From contig NC_068984.1 in NCBI RefSeq assembly GCF_001194135.2, forward strand, positions 44,265,207 through 44,329,206: a DNA stretch of 64,000 nucleotides, read 5' to 3'. This stretch comes from Octopus bimaculoides. Lineage: Eukaryota. The notes under the pieces were generated by a model, which did no database searches, had not been told where the DNA came from, and worked only from the letters and a program-made list of their open reading frames with translations. Position 1 is the stretch's first letter. Each line of letters begins with the position of its first letter. This document shows positions 53,401 through 64,000 of this stretch, piece by piece. The position numbers and the translations under genes were made by a program.

Positions 53401-54195
53401 CGAAACCAGAGAAAATACTCTACTTCATTTCTCATCCTATACTCCACAAAGTATACTTCCTTTATGTCCTTCTTCCTGCTTCCTACACAACCAATTTTCT
53501 TGTCTGTCTACACCAAATTTAATTCTCATTCATATTGCTCTATAAAGAAACACCCAGCCAAAAGCTATATTGAGATAGACAGATCAAAGTAAACCAGTTT
53601 GATAACGACTGGTAAGCTGAAACTTCGAAAATTGAAAATTTATATGGACGCCACTAAAAAGTATTGAGTGATCCTTTAGTTGTATGCTAAATTGTTTTTA
53701 TATATAACTTCACGTGAATGCAGACGTGGCTGTGTGGGAGGTGCAGGTGTAGCTGAGTGGGAAGCAGTTTGCTTCTCAACCACACAAATTATTCCAGGTT
53801 CTATCCCACTACATGGCATATATGACAAGTATCTTCTCCTATATGACTAAAGCGTCGGGAGTGGATATGCTAGACGGAAACTAAAAGAAGTATGTCGTAA
53901 AAATATGTTTTTAAGTAATTTTTAAATATATTTTAGGAACATAACCTTTTTAAAAATGTCGCAAGGCATTTTCCAGCACTGCAAAGGTTCAAACAAACCA
54001 TTACCCAAAAGGGGTTGATGGTGGTTTCCAACACATGAAGCTTGTTAAAACATTTATACACACACTCACACAGATAGAAAAACATAGGAGTATAGTCGAC
54101 TAGTCCCCTCCCCACAAAAATTTCAGGTTTTGTGCCTTTAGTAGAAAGGACTATTATTATCATCATCATCGTTCATTTTGTTCATGTACAAGTAC

Positions 54196-54268
<73 letters not shown>

Positions 54269-54269
54269 G

Positions 54270-54604
54270 AGAATTTACAAAAAAAGAACAACTGACGAAG
54301 ACGGGTGTGTAAACAACGAACAAATGTATTAGTTTAACGCTCGGGAAATGAGAAAGTCTTTTACGTTTCGAGCCTGGAAAAGGATGCGCAGCGTTCAATC
54401 ATATAATAATATAAATTATATATATATGCATATATACATACGTATACGTACATACATACATGTATACGTATCTACATATGCATACGTGGGCACAGGACGT
54501 CACAAAACGTAAACAACGTTTACGTTTTCTCCCCCATCGTTTTCTCTCTCATTCTTTTTTTCTCGCTCATCCTTTTCTCTAGTTCCATTTTCTCCCCTTC
54601 ACTG

Positions 54605-54671
<67 letters not shown>

Positions 54672-55130
54672 TCTTTCTTTGTTCACATGTGACTATCTTC
54701 CATCTTTATTTTCTCACGTGATGATCGTTTTTATCTTTCAGGACTGTCCTAAGGACTAGACGTATCCTATCTCTCTTTTCTCTTGTCAAAGAAAATATTT
54801 CTCCAGCATTCGCTACTTTACCCTTGTTCTGGTCTAACGACCCTCCGTGTTTGTTTTCGTTCGGTTTCCTTGTATGTCTCTACTGACCTGTTTTTCTTCC
54901 CAAATTTGACCCTCCGTAAATCCCAAATTTTATTTTGGTACTTATGAGAAGACTCATATTGTCGTTCAGTGCTCGAAATGATGAGTAGACAGACAGCCGA
55001 CAATTGATGAAGGGTCGTTCTTTATGTTACTTGTCATGTTTTCCATTTGTTTCTCTCGTTGTTCGCGTATTGAACTCATTTGTTTTCGTATTTCATGTTG
55101 TTTACTGTTGGTGACGTCCAGTACCCGTAT
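54270..55130 (-). mobile_element. Decayed Penelope-like element 3' portion with truncated hammerhead-like terminus
   Basis: Minus-strand KIWDLRR / SECWRN remnants of the GIY-YIG C-terminus; ggctcgaaacgtaaaagactttctca at 54350-54375 is identical to 48756-48780. Confidence 0.5.
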
Positions 55131-55371
55131 ATGCATGTATATATATATATATATGCATATATATATGTTGTTTATAATATTATTACATGTATATAAAAGT
55201 GAATTGTGGCAAGGTATGGAAGGTTTTCGGAGGACCGGAGAGATTATGTCTGGGTGGAGAATTATACGAGGTATAGTACTATACAGAATACCGAAAGGAT
55301 CTTCACCTCTTACATCACACCTTTATTCCTACTTCAACGCCGAGGTGGTATAATTTCCTGGGAGAGAAATA

Positions 55372-55460
55372 ATTTTGCGGCTGAGGATAGCTTTACATTG
55401 TAAATTATACACATATTATATTATACACATGTAAAGCTTGAAACACGTGTACCGCGGAAT
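55372..55460 (+). ncRNA. Candidate type I hammerhead ribozyme
   Basis: Helix I attttgcgg/ccgcggaat (9 bp, 2 G-U), core CTGAGGA 55381-55387, helix II agctttacat/atgtaaagct (10 bp; U-U at 10.1:11.1), GAAA 55440-55443, palindromic helix III ACACGTGT, GUA triplet 55449-55451. Confidence 0.72.
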
Positions 55461-55497
55461 CCTTTGTTGTTTTGTTGTTATTTTTTGGATTTACAAT

Positions 55498-55693
55498 TTA
55501 TATATATATATATATATATATNNNNNNNNNNNNNNNNNNNNNNNNNNNNNNNNNNNNNNNNNNNNNNNNNNNNNNNNNNNNNNNNNNNNNNNNNNNNNNN
55601 NNNNNNNNNNNNNNNNNNNNNNNNNNNNNNNNNNNNNNNNNNNNNNNNNNNNNNNNNNNNNNNNNNNNNNNNNNNNNNNNNNNNNNNNNNNNN

Positions 55694-55736
<43 letters not shown>

Positions 55737-55941
55737 ATACATGTATATATATATATATATGTATATATATGCATATATGTATATATAAGCATATATATAT
55801 ACATGTATATATGTATGTGTATATATATGTGTACATATAGTGTATATATATATGTATATATATGTATATATATATACGTATATATATGTATATGTGTATG
55901 TAAATGTATATATATATGTATATATATGTAATATACATGTG

Positions 55942-55972
<31 letters not shown>

Positions 55973-56036
55973 GTATATATACGCACACATATATACATAT
56001 ATATGTGGATATATATGTATATATATATATATATAT
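55498..56036. repeat. Degenerate (TA)n block with an N-gap (55522-55693)
   Basis: Visible. Confidence 0.93.
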
Positions 56037-56165
56037 ATTCTTTTACTTGTTTCAGTCATTTAACTGTGGCGCTGCTGGAACACTGACTTTAGTCGAACAA
56101 ATCGACCCCAACACTTATTCTTTGTAAGCCTAGTACTTATTCCATCGGTCATCTTTTGCCGAACT
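56037..56165 (-). mobile_element. SINE family C/D, 3'-end fragment
   Basis: ttcttttacttgtttcagtcattt...ttagtcgaacaaatcgacccc...tttgtaagcctagtacttatt. Confidence 0.78.
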
Positions 56166-56189
56166 GGTCAGTCATATATATGAGTGGGG

Positions 56190-56360
56190 TGTTTGTTACC
56201 TACCACCTCTTCACAACTGATGTTGCTTGTCTACGTCCCCGTTACTTAGCAGTTTGGCAAATGATCCCAACAGAATCAGTACCAGGTTTAAAAAATAAGT
56301 TCGACTAAATCCTCCAAGGTGGTGCCCCAGCAGTAATGACTGAAACACGGAAACAATAAC
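56190..56360 (+). mobile_element. SINE family C/D, decayed 3' half
   Basis: tacgtccccgttacttagcagtttggcaaa...ggtggtgccccagca..atgactgaaac. Confidence 0.6.
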
Positions 56361-56384
56361 AGATATAATATTCATAATACATAC

Positions 56385-56444
<60 letters not shown>

Positions 56445-56916
56445 NNNNNNNNNNNNNNNNNNNNNNNNNNNNNNNNNNNNNNNNNNNNNNNNNNNNNNNN
56501 NNNNNNNNNNNNNNNNNNNNNNNNNNNNNNNNNNNNNNNNNNNNNNNNNNNNNNNNNNNNNNNNNNNNNNNNNNNNNNNNNNNNNNNNNNNNNNNNNNNN
56601 NNNNNNNNNNNNNNNNNNNNNNNNNNNNNNNNNNNNNNNNNNNNNNNNNNNNNNNNNNNNNNNNNNNNNNNNNNNNNNNNNNNNNNNNNNNNNNNNNNNN
56701 NNNNNNNNNNNNNNNNNNNNNNNNNNNNNNNNNNNNNNNNNNNNNNNNNNNNNNNNNNNNNNNNNNNNNNNNNNNNNNNNNNNNNNNNNNNNNNNNNNNN
56801 NNNNNNNNNNNNNNNNNNNNNNNNNNNNNNNNNNNNNNNNNNNNNNNNNNNNNNNNNNNNNNNNNNNNNNNNNNNNNNNNNNNNNNNNNNNNNNNNNNNN
56901 NNNNNNNNNNNNNNNN

Positions 56917-56947
<31 letters not shown>

Positions 56948-56991
56948 GAGAGAGAGAGAGGAGAGAGAGAGAGGAGAGAGAGAGAGAAAGG

Positions 56992-57027
<36 letters not shown>

Positions 57028-57495
57028 ATGTGTACCTCGTTATCAGAAATAAAATGCATCAAATCCATTACTTTTCCATGCGCCATATAACATCATATAA
57101 GTAGTAATACTTTACAAGAGTATCTGGTGTAACATTTTATTTCACTGAAATCGCCTTCTAATGAGTTAGTTTAGTGTATGAAACACCACATGCTTATTTG
57201 GTTCGCCAGGCCATAAAGAACTATGATTCCATGGCTATTTCAGCTTATAGATTCAAAGTGACGTATTTGACTAGTGGCTGGATGACCTATAACCTTGTTT
57301 GCTCTATAATAGACTTTGGTTCAGCTCTCTTCCATATGTTTTGCAGCCAATATTCACGCTTTGGTTCAATTGCAGTAACATAATTTAAGTGGAGTGGTGC
57401 AACCGAGGAACGGTGTTGCATTGAAACTGCATCTCCCAAAGATCTCACATTTATTTTCTACAAGAACGTGTTCTTAGGTAAGCGTGGTAATACAT

Positions 57496-57528
<33 letters not shown>

Positions 57529-57847
57529 ATTGAGAATTCTATAAGATTGATTTCTCCTTAATTATAGCTTAAGCAAAATAATGATTGATAACTTAGATAG
57601 TTGCGTGTGATTAGGTTTTGTGTGTGCAATTTTGCTGTCAGTAGTTTTGTTAGTGTTGAAGTTGACAATAGTAATGGTTGTTTCCGTTAATGCACGGCTC
57701 TGTGGTTAAGAATTTTTGGTTGCAACCGCTTGGTTCTGAGTTTTATTTCACCAAACGACGCCTTTCACAAGAGACTTCTGCGATAGTATCGGGTAACAAA
57801 ATCTTGCCTGTGAAATTAAATAAGCGGTAATAATAATAAGGGAGTTT

Positions 57848-57883
<36 letters not shown>

Positions 57884-58078
57884 CAGTCATTTCACTGCGG
57901 CCATGCTGGGGCACTGCCTTGAATGATTTTAGTTGAACAAATCGACCTCAGAAAATTTTTTAAAACCCTGTTACTTATTTCGTCGGTCTCTTTTGTGGAC
58001 GTAAATACACCAACACCGGTTGTCAATCGGTAGATGGGGCAAACACAGACATACACAAACACACACACACACACACAT

Positions 58079-58109
<31 letters not shown>

Positions 58110-58268
58110 CGACGATTCTTTCAGATCCCATCTACCAAATCTGCTCACAAGGTTCTGGTCGGCCCGAGGCTATAGCAGAAGACACTTTTCCAAGGTACCA
58201 CGCAGCAGGACTGAACCCGGAACCATGTGGTTGGGAAGTAAACTTCTTACCATACAGTCACACCTGCG
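57884..58268 (-). mobile_element. Complete SINE family C/D: tRNA head, CORE-like domain, internal (TA)n(TG)n, 3' half
   Basis: Head/CORE at 58110-58268, microsatellite at 58050-58109 and the 3' half at 57884-58050 are collinear on the minus strand. Confidence 0.8.
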
Positions 58269-59030
58269 TCTATGTGTGTGTGTGTGCGTATATGCATGTA
58301 TCACACAAAAAACCCACACCTAATTATATGTGTATTTGCGTTTGCCTTTTGCCGTCATATGTCTATGAAGGATTTTGATTTACACATATTCCATGGTCGA
58401 ATAAATTAGAAAACCGAAAACACTGATGAAATTTGCTCTGCTCTAAGCTACAGACACTCTCTATTATTCTCGCTGTCAACCAGCGACGCTATGATACACA
58501 TACTGCGATAAAAAAAATAATCATATAGTTAAGATGTTTTAGTGTGCGCGTGAGAGTGTCTAATTGACAATGCTAAGTTACTATAATTTCCTCTGCTAAA
58601 TTTATTGCATTTTATTTTATTATTGCGTAGAATAAATCTACGATTTATCATTATCCTAGATATTCACTTACACACGCGCGCAGGTGGTGGGTGCGGGTTT
58701 TTGAGCGTGCATAAGAACGAGGAAAGAACATATAGTTCATATACAGGGGCGAAGATAATCTAGAGCAGAAATCCCACAGTAGAAACTGCTGAACTAAATA
58801 CATAGACTTTATCTCATTTCACTGAAATTTTGTTCCATACATCGAATAGTATCAATATCAAAATATACAAAACCACCATCTCGAACAGGTAAAAGTAAAA
58901 TCTCTGGAGTAAGTCGTATAACACGGCAAATACTCCTTTGTGATACATCGAGGAAATAAAAACGAAAATATTCTCAGAATGCAGGGCGATTATTATTATT
59001 ATTGTGAAGTGAAAAAAACCGGCGGGAACA

Positions 59031-59390
59031 TTTTTTTTTTTTTTTACACAATTTAATTACAAGGAAACAGAGAAACGGAAACATAAAAAATGGTGGGTTT
59101 TAAGTAGCAGAAGATGGAGCGGGGAGCGCGCAACGGGTCGCACACCCCAGAATAATCGGCATGTTCAGCCGCGCCTTACATCAAGACCTCTATTGTGTTG
59201 CCGCGGAGAATGGCCGGTGACACTTCCTGCAGCAGCTACTCCACTTCGCGGGGATCAGTTTTCAGACGGGTCGCTTTTGCCTCAATTTTGCAGAGGAAAA
59301 CGGTAGTGTGGAGACCGAGGACACCTGAAATCTTAACGGAGACCGGCACAAGGTGATACCGGCCGGTCAGGCTCTGTTCTAAAGGACAGT
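59031..59390 (-). mobile_element. Poly(A)-tailed GC-rich retroposed segment (possible LINE 3' end)
   Basis: T15 at 59031-59045; AATTAAA just upstream of the tail on the minus strand; sharp GC/CpG enrichment relative to the flanks. Confidence 0.4.
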
Positions 59391-59597
59391 TTAAGTCACC
59401 TCGAATAGTCAACCTTTTAATTAATGGAAATTATGTGGTTGATAATATAAGAAAACAAACAATTGAATATCTGTAAGCTACTCATGAGTAGTGTTAACGT
59501 GATTTGGCTTCAAATAAAAAGAAGCTCACATTGTTGAATTGTGATAAGTAGAAATCATAAAAGATAGTTAAAATGTGTGCGTCCGTGCGTGCGTGCA

Positions 59598-59652
<55 letters not shown>

Positions 59653-59965
59653 AATCTACTTAAATGTTATGGGAAAATGCCGTCTTTTATTTCTCAGTTA
59701 ACAGAAACAAGGTGATTGTCCAGAAATAGTTTTGACTCATGTTGGCATCTTTTTACGTACCACACAGTATCTCTATCTAAACAGTGAGTTCGATACTTTA
59801 AAATTTACATTAAGGTTTAATTTCGCAAACAAACCCCAAACTCTCCTTTTGCTGTGCAAAAAAGTAATGGGTTTTTTCTTTCACAATTGACCAACGTGTG
59901 CTACTTATAAAGGCATGTCTAAATGTATATTCCAGTGCCAAACACGTTGTTTAGTACTTCTGTGA

Positions 59966-60195
59966 TTAACCCGTTAACATTTTAACTAACCATATCAGAC
60001 CCAAATATTCTATTTGTTTTATGTTCAAACCAGCCAGATTCGAACTATCACACCTACTCTACAATGTTATTCTAAACACTTACAGTCATATCATCAAACT
60101 CTCGAAGCTGTGAGATAAGGCATGATTAATTCAAAACAATGTTAATAAATAAGCATTACATTTGACAGAGGAATCTGAATGCTAAATGTTTAATG
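59966..60195. mobile_element. TTAA-flanked (piggyBac-type) MITE, decayed
   Basis: Left ttaa-cccgttaacatt and right aatgctaaatgt-ttaa form an imperfect TIR pair bounded by TTAA. Confidence 0.5.
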
Positions 60196-60286
60196 CTAGA
60201 TGTTTAATGCTAAAAGTTTAATGCTAAAAGCTTAATGCTAAAAGTTTAATGCTAAAAGCTTAATGCTAAAAGCTTAATGCTGAAAG
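60178..60286. repeat. 14-bp tandem repeat (AATGCTAAAAGYTT), 8 copies
   Basis: aatgct recurs at 60178, 60192, 60206, 60220, 60234, 60248, 60262 and 60276. Confidence 0.9.
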
Positions 60287-61039
60287 TATTATCTATGCAA
60301 ATCGGAGTAACCGATTTAATCAAGCCATATATACTGGTTACAAATTGCGGTAAGCTATATTTCTCTCAATGAACAAAGAGTTGTAGATGCCCAGCCTTAG
60401 AAGATGCTCACTAGGGTCGAAACCAGGCTAGACTAGTTCTGCTTTCTATCTACATTTATCCAACTATTCAGTTATGCATTACAGTGATGGTTAAAATTTG
60501 CATACACAGATATACTTCATTGTCCATATCAAAGCAGCATCTCTAAATATATTCTTGAAGACTTCTGTTACACCATTTGGCGTTCCTGTCAGATAAAACA
60601 GCACAAAATACAAATACAAACCCTTAATGATGATACATAATCGCTCATGGCTTCTATTGAGCAAATAACGCCTTAAAATATATCTTGATGAACAAAAGCT
60701 ACAGTACACTTCAAACATAAAGTTATCTTCGAAGGTTTTCTCCTTCAAGAACGTCAAGAGAACCTTCGGATATGTGTGTATCATGCGAACAGCAAGACCA
60801 AAGCAACTAGCTCTGACACAATTGTATACTCCACGCATGGTAAAGTGTACTGTTATACAGTACAGTACACTCAGAACAGACAAAATAAATACATTCCAAG
60901 TAGCTGCACTTATGGGTCGTTTTCAGGTATTCGATTGGCTATTTCTATTCCTCTAGCCTACTCAAGCAGATTTGAACCGGGTTATTCAACAACAACCGAT
61001 TATATGTGTGTGTATGTGTCTGTGAATATAAATATATGC

Positions 61040-61107
<68 letters not shown>

Positions 61108-61248
61108 AATGTCGGTATATATGTATATAGATATGTGTCTACATCATACGTATGATATATATGTTACATATATACTTATATATGTATTAAAATCGATATG
61201 TGTGTACATATTTCTTATCCATACATAAATGTATGCATGCGCGTGTGA

Positions 61249-61286
<38 letters not shown>

Positions 61287-62466
61287 CACATATGCAGTGT
61301 AGTGAAAAATAAATCTGTGCATTAATAAGAAGAACAAACAAATGGATGAATGAAAATAAAGGATATTCTGAGAACGCCAGCTGGGAGCCTATATATTCTT
61401 TGTATCGATTATTTTCACATTAGGTACCGAATGCTGATCCATTTTCTTTTTGGTTTCGATTGTTTCTTTTATTTGAAGTGTTTCTTCTTCGAATAATTCT
61501 TCTGTTTCTTTTCTATTATCCTTATTGATTTTCAATTTCGAAATATGTCTTTTACTGAATCGAAACCTATATTATCGATTATTTCCATCATATCCAATTC
61601 TACGAATAATCTTAATCATATTTTGTAAAACATCTTTTGCTCAACAGCGTAAATTTAAGATGCCACCGTGTATTTATTCAACGTTGTGTAATTTCGGCAA
61701 CTATCATAGCCGCATTTGAATTTCTAATCAACAAATATCTATGCTTCAGTTGGCTAGCTTTTCCTTTAAGCTATTTATTTTTCTCGAACATGACTAATGC
61801 TAATTTACTCTATGTGCCTACACCATAATGATAAATAATTTGGGTCTTCAGTGTGAACTTAAGAAAAAATGATGATGATGATGAAGACATTGACAGTGGA
61901 GGAGACGACGATGGTGACGACGAGAGTACTAGTACTGATGGTGGTGATGAAGGTGGTGGTGCTAATGATTTGTGGCTGTAAACGCTTACCTGGTCAGCCC
62001 TGATAAAGGCAAATCTCTGTCCAAAGTTATTCCTGCCGTAACCATCCCACTTGTTTTATATGCCGTGCAACTTGAAACCACTTGGCATGTCCTTTTCTAA
62101 GAGGGCAAGCTGTGATTTGAGGGTAATTTGGTTACCATTTCTACCATGTCAAGAAACCACGTAGATACACTCTCGCTTGTTTACTGTGGTAATGGTGAGA
62201 ATTGGTGGCGGTGGTGGAGAATTTTATTGACTTGATCATCAACGTTGCCACTCTGATGATGGTGTCAGTAAAGTGAGCGCTGGAAGGTTAAAATACTACA
62301 TTCTTTTAATACGACCACTTGCTAATGGCGGCACCAGCACCTGTTCTGGCGTTGTGATTCTATATATCGCTAGCGGAGATACATCACTACTATCTCCAGC
62401 GTCCAAGCATCCACCATTGAGAAAGCTACGGAAGATCGAAACCGTGTGATCTGGTGGACTCGGTAC

Positions 62467-62813
62467 TTTTTTTTGTTTTGTTTTTTTTTCGCCCTTTCAA
62501 AGCCTAGCGAGGCTCATGGGCCCAGTTTCCCGGTTTCTATGGCGTATGTGTTCCCCCCAGCTGGACGGGACGCCAGTCCATCGCAGCGTTACTCAAGAAA
62601 CGGGAAGAAAGAGTGAGAGAAAGTTGGGGCGAAAGAGTGAGAGAAAGTTGGAGCGAAAGAGTACAACAGGGGTCACCACCACCCCCTGCCGGAGCTTCGT
62701 GGAGCTTAGGTGTTTTCGCTCAATAAACACTCCCAACGCCCGGTCTGGGAATCGAAACCGCGATCCTCTGACCGCGAGTCCGCTGCCCTAACCACTAGGC
62801 CATTGCGCCTCCA
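62467..62813 (-). mobile_element. tRNA-derived SINE with the family A head but a different 3' body
   Basis: 62655-62813 matches the family A head; 24-bp internal duplication (62607-62654); 3' body gtaacgctgcgatggactggcgtcccgtccag...agaaaccggg; T-rich tail on the plus strand. Confidence 0.88.
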
Positions 62814-63677
62814 ACTGGATTTGTTACTGGCAGTGGCAAATGATTTATCTCCTCGCTAGAGATATAAACAAAAATGTGTTTACCTACCGAAAGCATATAT
62901 GAGAATTTTTCACACCGAAACTAACGTAGCATTCTGTATTCAAAGAGAACATCCACTTTTAAGTGGGGCTAAATATTACCTATTGGTTTTGCTACTGTTT
63001 CTGTCGCAAATAATTACATTATTCAATGTATACTCTTTTATACTTTTTGGTGCTAATTCGAGGGAGATTTGACTTATTTTCAGTGGGTAAGATGATCGCG
63101 TAGAGCCTCCTTGATGTTTATTCGAATATTAATGGCACTGCACGTAGGGATATTGATATTCGCCGTAGTAATAGCGGTGGTGGAGACGGCGAGGATGGTG
63201 ATCGCGATAGCCTTGGCTATAATGTCCGTAACTGCAGTGGCGGAAATAATACTAGATGATGATGAGGAGGATAATGGTTGTTGTTTATGCTGTTTAGCGC
63301 ATGGTTATTCGAGTCGTGGGGTGCAGAGAACTCAACATCAAATTATCCCGCGTATCCGGTTTTTTTTTTTATGCGGCGTGGGTTCTAAGAGATATGGCTG
63401 TTATTTCTAGCAGATTGGACGGCCACATAGAAGTTCCGTCATTCACTGTGAAGATGGTAATGATGCTAATCGTGGTGAAGATTGCTTTTGAGGTTTAGCC
63501 ACAGGTCAGCTCTGATCAGAACATATAGTGATTGCAGAGCTAACTTATCTAGCGTCCTTCAATTTTAAACTGGTGAGGTTTAAGGGGAATTAGGCGGAGG
63601 AATGTTCTTGCTGGTCAAGTAACCGGGTCAAGACTCCCATAGTGATTAGTGGGTCACGATTGGTGGCAACGATAGTA

Positions 63678-63892
63678 TCTACTAGAGGCACAAGGCCTGA
63701 AATTTGGGATGAAGAGGGATGCTAGGCGATTACAGTGATCTCCAATGCACGACTGATATAAATTTTATCAACACTAAAAGATGAAAGATAAAGTCGACAT
63801 CGGCGGAATTCGAACTCGTAACGTAAAGCCAAGAAGAAATGCCACGAAGCATTTTATCCGTCGTTCTAACGATTCTGCCAGCCCATCGCCTT
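63678..63892 (-). mobile_element. SINE family B copy
   Basis: aggcacaaggcctgaaattt...aaagtcgacatcggcggaattcgaactc...acgattctgccagcccatcgcctt. Confidence 0.7.
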
Positions 63893-64000
63893 AACAATAA
63901 CACAGATCATAATGACAGTAACTCCATTGATGATGGTGACGACACAAAGCCGGAAATATATTGGCAATATGACCATCCCCAAGTACAACATATATATATA

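Noticed and set aside
60690-60840. Plus-strand frame ..ERQENLRICVYHANSK.. resembling a copine C2 strand
   Set aside because: Stop just upstream, a purine-rich acceptor, and none of the C2 Ca-binding Asp residues.

Overview
AT-rich, microsatellite-dense animal genomic scaffold with 11 N-gaps. The SINE repertoire points to a cephalopod, probably Octopus (inference from recalled repeat families; no database search was run). I recognise no intact protein-coding gene, rRNA, true tRNA or CRISPR array, and almost all ORF-track entries are translated microsatellites. The window is a transposon graveyard: several tRNA-derived SINE families (three copies with 11-12 bp TSDs), two RTE-clade LINE 3' fragments, an R4/Dong-like relic, four Tc1/mariner-superfamily derivatives, two Helitron RepHel relics, MITE/foldback elements and about nine Penelope-like (PLE) fragments. 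The most interesting signal is a set of type I hammerhead-ribozyme motifs at PLE-type termini. One is nearly complete (55372-55460, long helix II, palindromic helix III). Two are mirror copies with a CCGAUGA (U4C) core inside a 188-bp spacer-less palindrome (43126-43313). Two further degenerate families recur in the window. Hammerheads in PLEs are a known phenomenon, so any novelty lies in these variants and arrangements rather than in a new system. Other oddities: a GIY-YIG domain with a long low-complexity insertion, a transposon made of two inverted 3' ends, a SINE with an internal microsatellite, and a TIR-derived 14-bp tandem array. A few minus-strand exon candidates are reported at low confidence.
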